A stretch of 64,000 nucleotides of DNA from Blasia pusilla. Lineage: Eukaryota. The position numbers were made by a program, and so were the translations under genes. The stretch is taken from positions 43,896,001-43,960,000 of the forward strand of contig CM114271.1 of assembly GCA_050084515.1 (NCBI GenBank), given 5' to 3'. This document shows, piece by piece, positions 1 to 11,836 of the stretch. How positions within the stretch are numbered: position 1 is the stretch's first letter; every line of letters starts with the position of its first letter. Below the pieces are notes generated by a model. The model was given only the letters and a program-made list of their open reading frames with translations. It searched no databases and had not been told where the DNA came from.

Positions 1-457
1 TTCGGGGCTGCCAGTTGGCAGCAAGCCAGCCTCAGAAAGAGGGCAGCGATCCACATACCGTCAATCCCATTTGCACTTATTCTTCTACATGGTGCTTGGA
101 TTTCAATTCTGCGTCGCGTTTGAAATTTCTCACGCGGAAGTTATGTGGCGTACGTTACTTTCGTGCTCGAGAGTTTTGAACTCACCTGCCTTGGAATTGA
201 ACTTGCTCTGGAAGAAAAATGGAAGTGGCATCGGAACTCTTTACGGGCTTCAGTGAGCCTGAATCTTTTGAGACGAGACGGTTGAGATCGGTGTGAACCA
301 TACTCAAAATTTGGCGCGGGCTCATGAGAGTTTGCAGCTGAGACTGAGACTACAGAGGTTTTATTGTGGGCGTCCCGGAAAGCGGCCGTGTGTGGTACTG
401 AAAGAACACCGCATTTTCTTAAATTTTCCCCACAATTTGTCGACAAGTTTCATTGCA

Positions 458-3400
458 ATGGCCACACTCGAACCAGGAATTGCAGTTTTGTCCTCGTCGA
501 ACGGAATTTCACAGAGATCGCACGGACTTGCCGTGACAGCGTTGCCTTCTCGAACCAGTTCATTCTTCCGGCGCGTCGTTCACCTTCAGACTCGAGGGGT
601 CGAACAGCTGATGGTGGGAATGAAAGACCATGGCCGTCGGAAAAGATCAACGCGTGGATACGATAGCGTTATAGCTGGACTGGAGCAATTCTCCTCTGAT
701 GATTTCCAAGTGGAACGTCTGCTTTCGACTTACGGCTACATCAATGTCTCCAGGTGATTTCTTTGACTCGGTCCTTCCCACAAAGCCGAATTGGCCTCTT
801 CTAAGCTTCTGCTCTAGTGCGTAGCTCATTTTGATCTCTCTTGTGCACTCAGGCGAGCTCCACGGCTTACATTGATCAATGCGTCCTTTCTCTTTTCTTC
901 CTTCTTCTCGCAGTGACTTTGAGAAGAGTAAATTCGATTCGAATGTGGATAACCTTTCTTTTTTCCCTGCCTTGATTGCGACGACGTTGTTGCTGAGAAG
1001 GAAATCGGATTTGATAATTCAGTAAGAATTATGTATGTGATGTGGTGGAGGGAAACGTAATACGTCGAGTCTTCTTGTGGACAATCGGATCTACGAGACA
1101 GCGAAGATAGCTTTGTGGTGGGGTACTAGAGATCGCCGCGCATTTACCAGGGGATCCACTTTGCTTCAGTGCCTTGTTTTGGAATTCTCAGACTCAATTG
1201 CGTCGATTTTAGAGTGCGATGTGTTCTGGAAATTTCTCCTTAGCGCTGGAAGTAGAGTACAGTCAAAGGTCGTCTATTCAATTTGAATTAATTTTTAACG
1301 AATTTACTAAATTCCGATGGAGACCGTGAGTCAAGTAAGTGAGACGATAACTTCATGGACGAACTCACTCGTAGGAAAGAATTGAACTTTTAATTAGATC
1401 CGGGCCGTGTTGGATTATCTTCTTAGTTGCTCTCATGCCCCGGGAATGTGGAGACTAACTTTGGATTTTCCGACGCTGTTTCTCTTTCAGAGATTCTAGC
1501 TCTTAGGGGTTCATGTCTTTCCCCAATATGAGCAGCTTGTCAGCTATTTTTTTCAAACTGTTGGAGTGTCCCTTGTATTGGTTTTATCCCCCAGGCCTTA
1601 TTCCCCTTTTTTTTATTTAATATAGTTTTACAGTTTTCTTCATGAGGTCTATTTCTCTGTGTTCTGTTCGATATAAAGGTGGTTACTTCATTATGACTCG
1701 CCAGTTTCCAGGCAATCAATTAAAAGACTACTAATGAGGTCAAATTGATTTTCCTTGCAGCTATGTAGGGCCCCAACCTAGGAACGGATTGGGAGGCCTT
1801 GAGAACCTGGCAGCTGGTTTGGATCGGAGAGATATGAATCAAATGAGTGGAATACAAATGGGCGAGGGAGGTGTTCAAACGAGGTGCTTGGAAACTCTGT
1901 CGTGTCTTTTTGTAGCTATGCTTCTATATTGGAGACATCCCCTTTTGGTTTAGACAGCACTAAATTTTATTTCCTGTTTGGTGTTTTCTATCCCTTCCTC
2001 GCTTGTACCACCTTTGAGGTATCTGCTTGCGCCATATTAGATGCAATCTGTTCCCTACGGAGAGGATGCTTCATTCAAGGGAGGAGTCTCTTCACTACAT
2101 ATAAGATTCTTGAATCTTGAATAACTTTTCACGTCCTCGTGGTAATGTTTTAATGATCCCAGCCAATCCCCTAGGTGGATCTTCCCCGCAATGCTTGAAT
2201 CAACCTTAACCCGCACGCTTTGTCACCTGGTGTGGTCATTCTTGGGCTGCTTCCACCTGCCATGTATATTCACAGTGGTCCCACCAGGTTTCTAAACCTG
2301 ATCTTCGATGCATCTGCACTTCAGTCACCAGATCATGGTGGGTTCAGCTTCACAGGTTTTAACTAGGCAATTTTCAGAAGCGGATTTCAATGCTTTGCCA
2401 CTACCGGGCATCTAAGCATCACCGATTGAATGAATGTTGACAGTAATATGTGCCAGTTTCTATGCAGGATCTACTTTTGACAAGGTAGACCAGCTGAAGT
2501 ATCTCCTTGTGCAAAATCAGAATTGGCTTCAGCTAATCCATCCATGATTTCAATGAGCACAATCAACAAATGAGTTTCTAGCTCGCTTGTCTAATCAGAC
2601 CATTATCATGATTTGACTTTCTTTATGATCTATCAGATTCTAAGAAGGATTCTACATTGTCACACCTGGCACTAACTGCAGTTCCAGTTCAAAGATCACA
2701 CATGGTCTATCATCACTAAGCACAAACAATTTTCATTGGCTATATGGACAAAACAACTTGCCTTCCTGTGAGGTTCTAGTATAAGGTTCTAGCAAACACA
2801 GAACTCAGTGTTAATTTCCTCTTCCTTTCTCTCGGATCACCCTGCATGGGACAAGAGCCTCAGGAGTGCTCACCAGAATTATCTTATATAGACATTTCTG
2901 ACCAATAGTACATGATGGTGGCTAACCCTAATTCCAGATCACCTAAAAAATATGAGAGCTCCAAGTTGTGTCCAGCTTACTAAGTTAGTATCTGATTAAT
3001 TTAGTGACCAACGCAATAAGTTAGTATCCAACTAACTAGTGTTAGGGCATGACTAAACTAGCTATTAATAGTTTTCGCAAACATTACCTAGTCAATTTTC
3101 AAAAGCTGATTCCGATGCTTTGCCACTACGGAGCATCTAAGCGTCAGCGATTGAATGAATGTTGACAGTAATATGTGTCAGTTTGTATGCAGGATCTATG
3201 CGGGAAGAATAGCTCGTGGTGAGCGGATGGGAACACGTTGCCTGTTAAAGGTGATTTAGAAATTAGAAATTATTCCCTTTAGACCTTGCCCGTCGAACTC
3301 TCTGAGCTAGTACAACGCCAATTTCAACACAACTTGACCGAATATTTTGAGCTCCACGTTACTGGATGTGTAACGTGGAACTCAAAATCGTTAGATTAAA

Positions 3401-6400
3401 CCTTGTGCATGTGTCGTGGTATTGGAAAATGCATAGTACAGGAATGCACAGGTGAATCTAAGTCGGAAGTTGTGCTGGTGTTGATTATAGGCTTATCCCG
3501 GAGTTACTGTTAGGGGCTCAGAGGTTGATATGATGGCAGTAAACGAGCTGGTTTCCCATGCAATTCTTCAGGTACGTTTTTCCCAACTTTTGGTTCTGAA
3601 AGCACATAGGAGTGACTCAAACTAACTAAGCATCAACTACTGATCAAAAGTTCTTACATGGTTGTATGGGGAACTTACGTAAAAGAGTGGCATGGCATAA
3701 ATGCAGGAATCTGTAGAAGATGGAACTCCTCCCAATCTTGCATATCTATTTGGTGGTTTCCAGACCCGAACTGGTGAGCAGGTGAGCCAGTCTGTTCTTG
3801 TTACCCTTCACAATATGAACTTTGGTGTCGTTGCAGTATAGTGAATAAGAGTTTTGTTCTGTGTCAAATGTCCCATTTGAAGTTACGCACAGGTCAGTTC
3901 AATGTTCACTACTTCTTGGGGTCTTTTATAGTCGACAGTCCTGAGCATTTTCTGAATAATATTGGACTGTGTGCTTGCATAGGATAGTGGCTCGTCTTTC
4001 GTGATAATGGACAATATACAGGTGCAGATTATGCCAAGGCAGCTAGTCAAGCCACAGTAGAGGGGAACGCAGTGGGTCAATGGGACTTCTGGGACAGGTT
4101 TGATAAGGATAGACCCATTGTTAGAAGGCGTATCTACATTACCAAGTTATTGCGTGGAGCATTTCGTGGTCTAGCATTTATGCACGCAAATGGCCGTCTT
4201 CATCAGAGCCTGGGTCCTGCTTCCATCATTCTCAAGTAGGTTTCACGTCCTGTTCAATTGGGTCAAAAATTACCACTTGGAGGTAACACTTATGTGTCTG
4301 CTAGACTGGCATATTAGAGCTGTTGTATTGCATGTGGTTCGTCCTTTCTGCTAGGACGCTGTGCTTGTCTCTGGTCCTGGATGGCAGTAGACCATGATGT
4401 TCATCTTTTTTGTGCCACTGATAAGATGCTTTATTTTCTTGTTTTATTTGTCCTTTAAATCTCCATCTAAGATGTTTTTCTTCACGACTCAATAGAAAAA
4501 AATTGTAATTTTTCAGTACCTTAGAGGAGAGGGAAGTACAATATTTGGTGCCTCATTTACGAGATTTGGCATTTGCCACCGATGTGAGGTAAGAATCACC
4601 CTAAGACTTTTGTAACAAGAAAATATATTTCATAATGTATGGGTTTTGTCAAAAGGCATCTAAGGCAAGGAAGAATAGAAGGATCATTTGACTTTCCGTA
4701 ACTTGAGAATCTGGTGGTTCACCAGAGGGATGCTACCAAATGTCAGTCTCTAATTCTCAAAGCTTGGTTTATTTAGCGGAAGCTAGTTGAGCATATTAGC
4801 AAAGCAATCAAGATGGTGACTTTGTTCTATGATACCAGTGACCAGGCAATATTAGCGGGGTCAGCATCTACCGACGCATGGGAAAGACGGAACACTATCT
4901 CAGACTTCCGAGATCTGTCCACTGAATCACCAGCTGCTGCGCTATCAGCAAGCTTGTGGAGGAGGGCAGCTGCTGCTGGTGCACGAACATCTTTGGAGAA
5001 AAAGGCTTTTGGCATTGCTGATGACATGTCTGTTTTTCTAGCCTTTCCTTTCTAATCCTTTTTAGTAGAGTGCAGTGCAGTTTGGTACCACTATTACCGG
5101 TGTCCAACTTTCATTGCAACATTTCCTTGGCATAACCTCCCAGACCTTAACTTCTGCCGTAATGGTCTGTTGTCAAGCGAAATCTTGAGTTTTTTTTAGT
5201 TTAGATGACGATCATGAAGACTCCATTGTTTGGTGTTGACTTTTGTGTGGATGGGGGCAGCTATGCAGGTGGTCTCCTCCTGGTGTACATGGTCTTCGTT
5301 CCTCTCTGTGAACCTGGAAGTATAGATGGACCTTCTCTTCAGGTGAAACTGGTTTTATTCTTATTCTCAGGGACCACAGGCATTCTATCGTCAAGATTCA
5401 AATTACTATAATCTATAACTTGGATGGAACTATCTGAGAATTTTATGGTGTACAGCAGGTCGTGTATGATTTTTATCTGCCTCGCCATCGTGTGTGGCTG
5501 GGGTGAAAGTACCAAGGTTACTAATAGAGATATTTCTTGGTGCCTACAGAGGTTGTTTGAGAGCACATTCCGCCTGGATGTCATGGCAGCTCGAGAGTAA
5601 GCTTCAGATCTTGGGCAAACTAATGCTGAATGTTCTGATGAGTTCTTTGTGTTAAAACGCTCAGTTATAAAATAAGGTTATTTAGACTCCATTCTCACTT
5701 CATTTCCTACTTGAGATCCAGCATGGATCTCGTATCTTAAGCTGGAAAGACCTTGATGAAACGTGATGCAATTCACTTTCAATTAAGACTTTCTTTTGGC
5801 TTTGTGATATTTTTTGTGACTTAAAAGGTATATTCCCAGGTGTCCCCAGATTGGGTCACTCATGTATCGTCTTCTATGGTGATGAGCTGTATTAAAATTT
5901 GCACAGTTGTTAGCAACGAGAATCTGTCAGAAAGGATTGTCACATAAGGAGGATGAATTCAAAGTCTGGTCATCAGCAGTTTTTGTGAGGAAGTTGGTGT
6001 GACTGAGATATTGCGTGATTGTTTAAAGAGAACCAACGAGAGCAAAAGTTTTATGGATGTCAACCCATTGTCTTGAGTTATTTGAAATGGGCTCGTATGA
6101 TGTTTCTTTCAGGGTCTAAATGTATGTCTGTTCTCGGTTAAGGTACTGTGCAGCGGATGAGCGATGGGATGAGGCTGTCAAGTTCATGGATTTGGATGAT
6201 GGAGCTGGATGGCAGCTGCTTCAGGTACAGCACAGTTCTTTAAATTGTCCAAATTTCTATTGACTTGGTAGAACTCTGTGAATTCCGTCTGTGATACTAT
6301 CGGGTAAGGAGATTCTTACAATGTCGTAGACCCTATCTTACATAAACAGCCACCCGTGAAATTCATATCATGCAGTCCACTTTCTCATAAGGTTAGAAAC

Positions 6401-6571
6401 GAACGGGCTAAACAACAGTCCGAGCATGTTGTAAGGGGATGTTTCTTTTAGGTCTAAAGGTTGACCTTCGCTGCTCCGTGCCAGGCTATGCTCAACCCCA
6501 ACTATCGGCTGCGACCAACAGCCGAAGCAGTATTGAACCATCGATTCATGTCAGGAGATATTTTTGAGTAA
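458..6571 (+). CDS. Protein kinase-fold protein with putative N-terminal plastid transit peptide; probable pseudokinase; 12 coding exons
   Basis: Manual GT-AG splicing: 458-753, 1761-1883, 3193-3250, 3491-3571, 3707-3781, 3988-4235, 4517-4588, 4839-5027, 5261-5342, 5550-5596, 6143-6224, 6485-6571. This gives a continuous frame with kinase-like motifs RCLLK, NEL, GLAFMHANGRLHQSLGPAS, LRDLAF, DDIYAGGLL, GWQLLQAMLNPNYRLRPTAEAVLNHRF*. The N-terminus is Ser/Arg-rich. Confidence 0.85.
2363..2473 (+). repeat. ~110-bp intronic duplicate of the exon-3 splice-acceptor region (second copy 3088-3198)
   Basis: Direct repeat visible by eye: ctag.caattttca.aagc.gatt...gcatctaagc.tca.cgattgaatgaatgttgacagtaatatgtg.cagttt.tatgcag|gatcta in both copies. 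Confidence 0.9.
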
Positions 6572-7583
6572 TGGTAACAGCGCTATTTGGCGAAAACTCA
6601 AAGCCAAAGTACCATGTATCGCTAAATGGAATGTCTTAAAGGCAAGTGTAGTAAACTGAGAGAGCAATACATTCATCTGCTCCACGTTATCGATCTCACC
6701 TCATGCTTTTGACTATTCCAACTTCGTCATGTTTACGAGCCATCTGTAAAAGAAGACTTCAAGGAAATTGTTGAGGACAAATGGCAACTTCTGGTGTGAA
6801 CTCCCGACAAGAACATCAGTTTTCCCTGACTCTCACCAGGACAGAGGAGACAGGATTCTACACACGAAAGACGCTGTTAGTTACTGCGCATAAAACATTG
6901 AACGCGGGTTGCGCTACAATCGCTCTGAACTTCGGAAGTTCTCAACGTGTTAGTGAGCGTGAAATAAAACCTGCAAGCAATGCCCAAATCGTATTTCCAT
7001 CTCACAAGATCTTCTGAAAACTATATCACGGACGGGAACTGCCGCATGGCAACTCTCGTTCTCGATCGAGCAGGGGAGAACTCCATGCATCTTCCCCTTA
7101 CATCCCATTTCCGATGATGTTTCTGGTAAGTCCAACCCATAAAATGGAAGCGCCGGCCCATAAGAGGGAAAGAAAACAGTGTGAAGAGACTGTCATGTTG
7201 AATGTAGAGCAAGTAAAAGATTAAGACGACCACAAAATCAATCCTAAGCAAAAAAATTAACCCAATAGGTTTTCCGAATTGCCAAAGTCAATTTGTAAAA
7301 TCTTGACAATGGAGCCATGCCTCATTAGGTGAAATTTGACCTCTCCATGTTTTTTTGTGAATTTCATAACCCTCACACGGCTCAAGGTAGTGGCTAGCAT
7401 TGTGTGTCATAATTCCCCATGAAGAACCACATGAAGGACTTGCCAAAAACCACCACAAAAGACAATTATTTCAAGATGGTTCCCATAATAGCCTATGCCC
7501 GTGCTTATAAGGAGAGACGCAACATCAAAATGAGGCCTTTTCACTATGCTTGGCAAGGTCTTTTCCTCTACATAGAAAGGCTC

Positions 7584-7697
7584 AGCATTTCCAAGTCCCT
7601 TTTATCCCAAGGTTATCAAGGTTACCAAGGTTGGACGGAAAGCATTTCCAAGTCCCTTATATCCCAAGGTTATCAAGGTTACCAAGGTTGAACGGAA
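7584..7697 (+). repeat. 57-bp tandem duplication containing short caaggtt sub-repeats
   Basis: agcatttccaagtccctt.tatcccaaggttatcaaggttaccaaggttg.acgga occurs at 7584 and 7641. Confidence 0.9.
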
Positions 7698-7986
7698 ACA
7701 GACTTGTCCGTCCATGAGATGGACATCTCCAACGGATCCCCATTGAGGTTTTTTTTTATCCCAATGGTGTGTGCAAGCTTGGGACGCTAGAACGGGTGTG
7801 ATCTCGGATTGAGGGAGGGCTATATGTGGGCTATATGTCCTTGCTTGGTCTGCCTAGGCCTCTGACTTGCACAGGCTAGCCACGAGCCCTAGGCCCACAT
7901 AAGCCATGCAAGGTCCACAGCGAGCTCGCGGCTAGCCCGCGTAGGTCATGGGCTCTACGGGCCTTATGTAGCCCTTGCCACTAACG

Positions 7987-9900
7987 TGCCCTTACCTTTA
8001 GGAAAGTCCTCTTGGGTTGCTCCTTTCGGCTCTAAACCCAATTGTCCTCTGATAGTTTAGGGTTGAAGTCGGAGAACCCCAAAAGTATATAAAAAGGGGA
8101 GGATCTTCGATGGAGCTTGGGACTTGAACTCTACTTTGGGGAGCCTTGGTGTCGCGACACTCATGACCAAACAAGTGCCAAGCGGAACATCGGAACATTA
8201 GCGGGCTCACGCTAAGATAGTTTGCGCGTTGGAGTTGTCTCCAAGAGGAGACAAGAGACGAGACGCGAGCGAGAAATCGCGTTTCAGATGTGATGGTCGC
8301 GACTCAGAAACCTGGACCAAACGCGGAATGAGACTTGAAAGAAGTCGAGTCTAGGAAGTGGGTTGCCAAAGGAAAGATCCGGATTTGGAACGCCACTTGC
8401 GTTTGAGAGTTTCCGATTGTATTTATGGCCATAACTTTTAGCGCCAAGATGCGTTTGGAGCAAATAAGAGTGCGTTGGAAAGCTTATGGAGAGCCGGTTC
8501 AAACACACCAAAGATCGCTGCAAACGCATAAGCAGCGGTCGAGATACGACCCGAAAATGATTGTAAGTGGAGTCGGGTTGAGGGCCACAATGAAGGGCCC
8601 GAACCTCTTTTCCCAAAGGGGAGGGGTTATTGGAGAACCCCAGAAGTACTAGTAAGGGGGAAGGTCTCCGAGAGTGCTTGGAACCCAAACCCCACTTTGG
8701 GCGCCGGGCGCTCAAGGGCATGGAACGGAACGCGAGTTTGGGCGTTGGGTTGGAAAACCTGCACCAAGTCCATTGAGGCGATTTTAGACATCCCTCTTGG
8801 ATTTCACGCCGCGACTCAATTACTTGGGTCTCGGTTCGGAACTCACACGAGGACCGTTGAACAGTTGGGATCGCTAGGCGTGCAAGTGCCGTTTCAGATC
8901 CCTGGACTAACCAGGAAGTCTGTTCCAAGTCTTGAAGGACTTGCCATGTGTTGGGAGCTAGGAACTAAGGAAGGTTGAGCTTGATAAGACGCCGAGTTGA
9001 GGACTCGGTGGGTTGGAACGCCGGTTGGCCAAACCCGACTAACGAGAGTGCGTGTTTGGGTGCAGATCGGCGATGAGTTCGTGACCTACTGAACGCACGC
9101 TTCCGCAATACTAAAGATTGACGTTCAAGGAGAGTAGGGGCGCGACAGGTAACTCATTTCTTAGGTCTATGTTAGGGACTCAATGGTCCATTGGGCACTT
9201 AGAATCGCTAAGCGTGCGATCATTGTTTTAGGTGCTTGGACTATCTAGAAAGTCTAGAAAGACTAGAAAGACTTGCTTGTGTTGGGAAGTAAGAAGTTAG
9301 GACTTTTTGAGCTTGATGATTGATCCGAGTTGAAAAATCGGGGAGTTTGAAGGTTGATTGACTCAAACCAAGACTAATGAGAGTATTTTTGGGTGCAGAT
9401 CAATAGAGTGAGGGTGACCTACTGAACGTACGCTTCCGCAATATCTTAGATGGATGTTCAAGAGGAGTAGGCGCACAACAAGTGGTACTAGAGAAAATCT
9501 TTGGTGAGCTTGAACTTGAGGTCGTATCAGCCACTGGACGCTTGAGAGAACAAGATAGCAGTGTGACCTAGAGGCTTCAGGAGGAATGTAAGAGACAGGG
9601 AGGAAATATGTGCGGACGTGAAGGAGATCTGAAGAGATTAAGAAACTGCCCTAAAACTAGGGCAACTTCTCAATCTCTGATTATGTAGTTGTCTAGATCT
9701 TTGATATGTTGGAATGGGCTTTGCATAAGCTTTCCAACACCTCCTTACTTGTCCGTTATGACCTAAAATACAGTGAAACCCCAAAGGCTAGTCAAATTCC
9801 AATTGTGATTCTCATCTTTGTTGACAACCCACTCTTCGTAGATTCTACTCTTCTCAAATCTTGGTTCACGTTTGATGCAAGTATCCTAAGTTGCATAGTT
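7987..9900. mobile_element. Scrambled older Gypsy LTR remnant (same family as 17264-22638), with degenerate PBS at ~9483-9494
   Basis: 7987-8062 and ~9658-9900 match the LTR on the minus strand. 8063-8149 and 9148-9480 match the LTR 3' part on the plus strand, ending gcgcacaaca and followed by agtggtactagag (PBS-like). Confidence 0.7.
8150..9147 (+). mobile_element. Solo LTR of a Gypsy family related to the element at 17264-22638
   Basis: Begins TGTCGCGAC and ends GGCGCGACA, ~1 kb, colinear with the 3' LTR at 21633-22638 (shared gtgacctactgaa.gcacgcttccgcaa...acgttcaaggagagtagg block). Confidence 0.85.
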
Positions 9901-10079
9901 AAATAGAATTTTACATGGATGTTCATATGGATGGCTAAGGAGTTTGGAAGTGAGGGCGCATGTCAACGGAGCATACAATGGATGGGTAGGTGGATCAAAT
10001 AACATCTCACCACATATAGAAATTCACCTTCTCACAAAAAAAATTGCAAGATCCACGAGACTACCAAAAATTGTAAGTA

Positions 10080-10111
10080 CTAGTTATTTTTTGCTCGTGC
10101 GATGCACTGGG
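10080..10111 (-). mobile_element. Helitron-like 3' terminus
   Basis: Minus strand reads cccagtgcatcgcacgag (hairpin), ~10 nt, CTAG, then T; AT-rich repetitive DNA lies upstream on that strand (to ~10620). Confidence 0.55.
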
Positions 10112-11402
10112 TGAGATTATTGGGAATGAAAAGACTCAATATGGAGGATGATAATATGAAATAAGTGGACTCGCGTTGAATAAAGTTTAATCTTAAAAAT
10201 GATGACAAAAAATAAGAAAGAAAGAATTTTTTATAATACATCTCACTTGGCTCAAGACAAAATTTCTTATATTTTCTTTTATTAATTGTGGAAAAAAATA
10301 ATTCACCCCTTTTCCAAGCCCCATCCTTCAATAAGTAAAAGAAAATCACTTATTTTGATGAACATTTTTCCTAAAAGAGGGATTAAAATTTTCTCCCAAT
10401 CGAACTTGAAAATTAATAATATTATAGAAACAATATATCTCACAGTATTTTGAGAATAATTATTTTCCCATTATCCTTTTCATTTTTTCCCAAAAGGAAA
10501 ATGAAATTTTCCTCAAAACTAAATTCTAAATTATTTTTTATCATAATTTGTTGGCATGAACCTTGAAAAAATAATTTTAAATTTCCAAATGAGAAAAGAA
10601 ATTAAAGAGACTCTATAAGATTTCATGGGGAAGAGGTTTCAATTTGAGTTTATTATATTATATATTTATCTAAAATTATAAATAAATAAAAATAATTATT
10701 AAAATCTTACCCATTCTGCTTAGTATAGGGTAAAATCAAAAGAAAACATTTGTCTTCACGATGAACTAACGCGCTTATATTATGATTTTGGGTATGAGGA
10801 TCGATCTTTGTACTCGTTTTAGAATTCGGATTAGAATTAAATACTGCTTTGAAGAAGGGAAGCGGAAAATTCTATTGTTTAGTTTAACGGTAAGAAAATT
10901 ATGGACATGGACGTCCTACGCTACGGGATATAGCCTGAGACGCCCTAGTGTCTTCACATGTGACTCCCGTCGTTCCTTACTCGGCCAATTCCCGCGCTAT
11001 GGAGACGCGCCGGGAAGTACCAGAAAGCCGACCGTGACCACTTGCCGGGAATGAAGTATCCGTGAATTTGTTTGACAGCCGTCGTCTGATGGGGCAGGAG
11101 GGCAGGCGCTGATGCCTGAACGCCAGGCAGTAGAATAAAGGGGCCGGATGACCCCGAACGTAGCCTTCGTCTGCTCGCTTGTGTTGAATCTCGCGGCGAC
11201 CAAGAGCAGCGCGAGAGGTGATCCAAACATTTCATCCTCCGCTCTTCGGATCGATCGGGTCTGCAATTTATAGACATCGAGATCCCCGGATTCTCTATCC
11301 TCTGCGTCCTGGTTCCTTCGAAATTTCATCCTTTCATCTGCGTATTTACACGCAAAATCCTGAGGATTCTGGGCAGCTTTTGCCATCATTCCAGAGAGCC
11401 AA

Positions 11403-11406
<4 letters not shown>

Positions 11407-11433
<27 letters not shown>
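11407..11433 (+). repeat. (GA)n microsatellite in probable 5' UTR of TFIIE beta
   Basis: Visible dinucleotide run ~400 nt upstream of the ATG. Confidence 0.9.
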
Positions 11434-11436
<3 letters not shown>

Positions 11437-11836
11437 TAGGTTGCCGACAACTCTCGGGTTCAATTCTTGATGGCGCTGCCCGGAACTTGTGTCGATCTTC
11501 ATCAAGTAGTTTAATTGATGATGGAGATTCAGGACTCTTGGAACTTCTGGATGAGAAATATAATTGTTTTGTAAATTTGTAACGCGGTATTCAGCGATCG
11601 GCCTTGTAGCTGATTGAGAAGAGAGATTTTCGATCCGTGGTGTTGAATTGAAGGGGGCACCGAATTCCGAGTACTTCTCATCAAATTTAGGGTTCCGGTC
11701 TCCCCAGTCTTGCGGTGAAGCTTCACCCTGTTCATTGTTCGAGGTTTCGAGAGCGATTGCTTAGCAGAAGCCGACGATTCCGTAGCTGGCCACCGTCACG
11801 TGGAACTAAAGGAGACCAGGGAATTTATTTCCAATC

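Noticed and set aside
7584..7697. Direct repeats as a CRISPR-like array
   Set aside because: A simple tandem duplication without unique spacers, in a eukaryotic context with no cas genes.
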